Shown: positions 62,142 to 64,000 of the stretch, one piece after another
How the letters are laid out: the number at the start of each line of letters is the position of its first letter
Numbering within the stretch: the stretch's first letter is position 1
Position numbers and translations under genes: made by a program
Origin: Bacillus subtilis subsp. subtilis str. 168
GTDB lineage: Bacteria > Bacillota > Bacilli > Bacillales > Bacillaceae
Direction: 5' to 3'
Length of the DNA: 64,000 bases
Assembly (NCBI RefSeq): GCF_000009045.1
Contig: NC_000964.3
Coordinates: 3,844,001 to 3,908,000 of the forward strand
The notes under the pieces: generated by a model
Databases searched by the model: none
Seen by the model: the letters and a program-made list of their open reading frames with translations, nothing else
Told to the model about the DNA's origin: nothing

Positions 62142-62972
62142 TTATTCCGAGAGATCTTGAAGACGCTGGACATGCAGCGTGATATAGCCGGCCTCGGATT
62201 CCGGCAAATGTAATTGATATTCATTTTTCAAAAACTCCGCCAGCTCCAGCGCACATTGATAGGCGAATGAATACTTTTTTTGGATGAAATAAAGCATCTC
62301 CTCGTCCATACGATGGAGCGCTTCATTTGATTCCAACCGGCTGACCGCGTATCGCAAATGCGTGACAAGGCGTTGATAGGAAATGCTGTTTTCATCCACC
62401 TTTCGATTAAAGTATTGTTTTATTTTCTCTATCATTTCTTTGATCATGGTCGTATGCTTCAGCGCTGAATACATGCTCTCCGCATCCATCTTCGCCGTAT
62501 GGATGTGAAGGGCAATATAACCCGCTTCATCTTCAGGCAGAGACACGCCCAATGTCTCTTTTACATGTCCGATCGCCCACAGGCCGATCTCATATTCTTT
62601 TTTATAGAGCGCCTTTATCTCATGCAGCAATTTATTCTGCACAAGCAGCCCATTTTGAATCCTTTCGATCGCAAAGGACAAATGGTCGGAAAGCGCGATA
62701 TGAATGTGATCGCTCAGCGGCGCCGCGAGCTCTCCTTCCGCATAGCTGATGATATCCTCAGCTATTTCTATATGCTCCTCCGGCAGTGTTTGCAGGATTT
62801 GTTTGAACTTTTCATTCTCGTCGCGCACGACAAAGATCTTTTCCACTTTATTCATAGGGATGAGATCATTTTTCTTTTTTTGAAAAGCGATTCCCGGTCC
62901 CATCACGATTTTTTCCTGATCATCCTCTTTTATTAAAGCCGCATTGTTGTTTAATACTTTATAGATTTTCAA
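62142..62972 (-). CDS. sacT: BglG-family antiterminator (CAT plus 2 PRD)
   Basis: 276 aa; KVLNNNA, GPGIAF, SDHL and EAGYIALH; TTG start. Confidence 0.96.
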
Positions 62973-63011
62973 GAGGTTATCTCTCCCGCCAATTTGCTTT
63001 TGACTGGGATT

Positions 63012-63314
63012 TTACCTCCTTTTGACCGCCATGTAAAGATGCGGGCCCGCTCTCTCCTGCTTTGGCGATTCCTTGAAGGCTTGCAAACATCTTCTTTTAT
63101 AAAGCGCGGCGGCTTTCGCTTTCTGCTTTTCTTCCTCATTCACAGCCATCCGCCATTCATAAAACGAAACGAGTCCTGCGGCCTGCACAGCCGCCTTTCT
63201 TTGGTATGTACGCTGAGCCGAATAGACCGCGGCAGCCGCAGTTTTTCTGTCCGGCGTCACCCAGTTCATCAAAAAGACCATCCACACCCGTAAAGATACA
63301 AGCAAACGTTTCAT
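63012..63314 (-). CDS. ywcI: Small basic protein of unknown function upstream of sacT
   Basis: 100 aa from ATG 63314 with GGAGG upstream; no recognisable motif. Confidence 0.6.
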   Translation of the reverse strand: MKRLLVSLRVWMVFLMNWVTPDRKTAAAAVYSAQRTYQRKAAVQAAGLVSFYEWRMAVNEEEKQKAKAAALYKRRCLQAFKESPKQERAGPHLYMAVKRR

Positions 63315-63568
63315 AGAAAAACATCCCTCCGCTTCTTTTTGGCAGGCAGCCTTTTTAGCAGCCCGTTTTCTCAGCCGCAGCCCGCAAGAAAAGACGGCCG
63401 ATTTCTTTTCTCGCAAACTAGCGGCTCTAGCAAAACTCATGACTCTATGATAGACCGTGGAAAGAGAATTCTTTGTCACAATATGAGTGAAAAAACCAAC
63501 TAGTTTTTAGAAGTTTTGTTGAAAGCTGAAAGAATTGAAATGAAAATTGGAGAACCGCTTTGAAAACT

Positions 63569-63737
63569 TTATACACAAGTTATCCCAAAGATAAGAACAA
63601 CTTAATCACAAGAGATATCCACATGTCCACAAACTCTATCTATATTTTGTATACGAACGTATATTCCTAACTATATATATACACAGGTTTATTCACTTAT
63701 ACACAGGGTTCTGTGTATAACTCCTTCGTTATACACA
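63569..63737. promoter_or_regulatory. DnaA-box cluster
   Basis: Perfect TTATNCACA at 63569, 63697, 63712 (minus strand) and 63729; one-mismatch boxes at 63602, 63615, 63677 and 63689. Confidence 0.92.
63654..63667. promoter_or_regulatory. LexA (Cheo) box-like site
   Basis: CGAAC-GTAT-ATTCC against consensus CGAAC-RNRY-GTTYC (one mismatch). Confidence 0.6.
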
Positions 63738-63768
63738 AACAAAATCCAATAAATGGTCCAAATGACAC

Positions 63769-63797
63769 AAGGATTTTTTTGAATTTTCAAGAAATAT
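63769..63797 (+). promoter_or_regulatory. Candidate SigH promoter of vpr
   Basis: AAGGATTT...AAGAAATAT, an imperfect match to AGGAWWW...GAAT. Confidence 0.4.
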
Positions 63798-63843
63798 ATA
63801 CTAGATCTTTCACATTTTTTCTAAATACAAAGGGGGAAACACA

Positions 63844-64000
63844 TTGAAAAAGGGGATCATTCGCTTTCTGCTTGTAAGTTTCGTCTTATTTTTTGCGTTA
63901 TCCACAGGCATTACGGGCGTTCAGGCAGCTCCGGCTTCTTCAAAAACGTCGGCTGATCTGGAAAAAGCCGAGGTATTCGGTGATATCGATATGACGACAA
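63844..64000 (+). CDS. vpr: Extracellular serine protease Vpr, 5' end only
   Basis: TTG start after AAGGGGG; MKKGIIRFLLVSFVLFFALSTGITGVQAAPASSKTSADLEKAEVFGDIDMT with a signal peptide. Confidence 0.92.
   Translation, partial: MKKGIIRFLLVSFVLFFALSTGITGVQAAPASSKTSADLEKAEVFGDIDMTT

Overview
Bacterial chromosomal DNA. Gene content, order and protein sequences match, from recall, the Bacillus subtilis 168-type chromosome from ywhL/rapF to vpr (about 3.84-3.91 Mb; not database-checked). In order it holds: ywhL/ywhK paralogues; rapF-phrF; speEB; pbpG; thrZ with three tandem T-boxes; ywgB-mmr; ywfO-ywgA; rsfA; lipL; cysL; pta; hemQ; the bacilysin cluster bacA-G; rocABC and rocG with their SigL/RocR sites; the spsA-L spore polysaccharide operon; gerQ; the ywd genes; sacPA with its RAT and sacT; a DnaA-box cluster; and the start of vpr. 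No rRNA, tRNA, IS, prophage or CRISPR array was seen. Many ORF-track starts were trimmed to the RBS-supported codon, and phrF, ywhL and vpr were added by hand. The best leads for undescribed biology are: (1) a SAMHD1-like dNTPase gene (ywfO) paired with a Panacea/SocA-like gene (ywgA); (2) a PadR plus HAAS membrane-protein module (ywzG-ywdD-ywdE) with two copies of a 19-bp operator; (3) YwdA, which looks like a degenerate WXG100 protein; (4) a perfect 16-bp inverted-repeat operator in front of the Rrf2 gene ywgB. All coordinates were counted by eye and no search was run.
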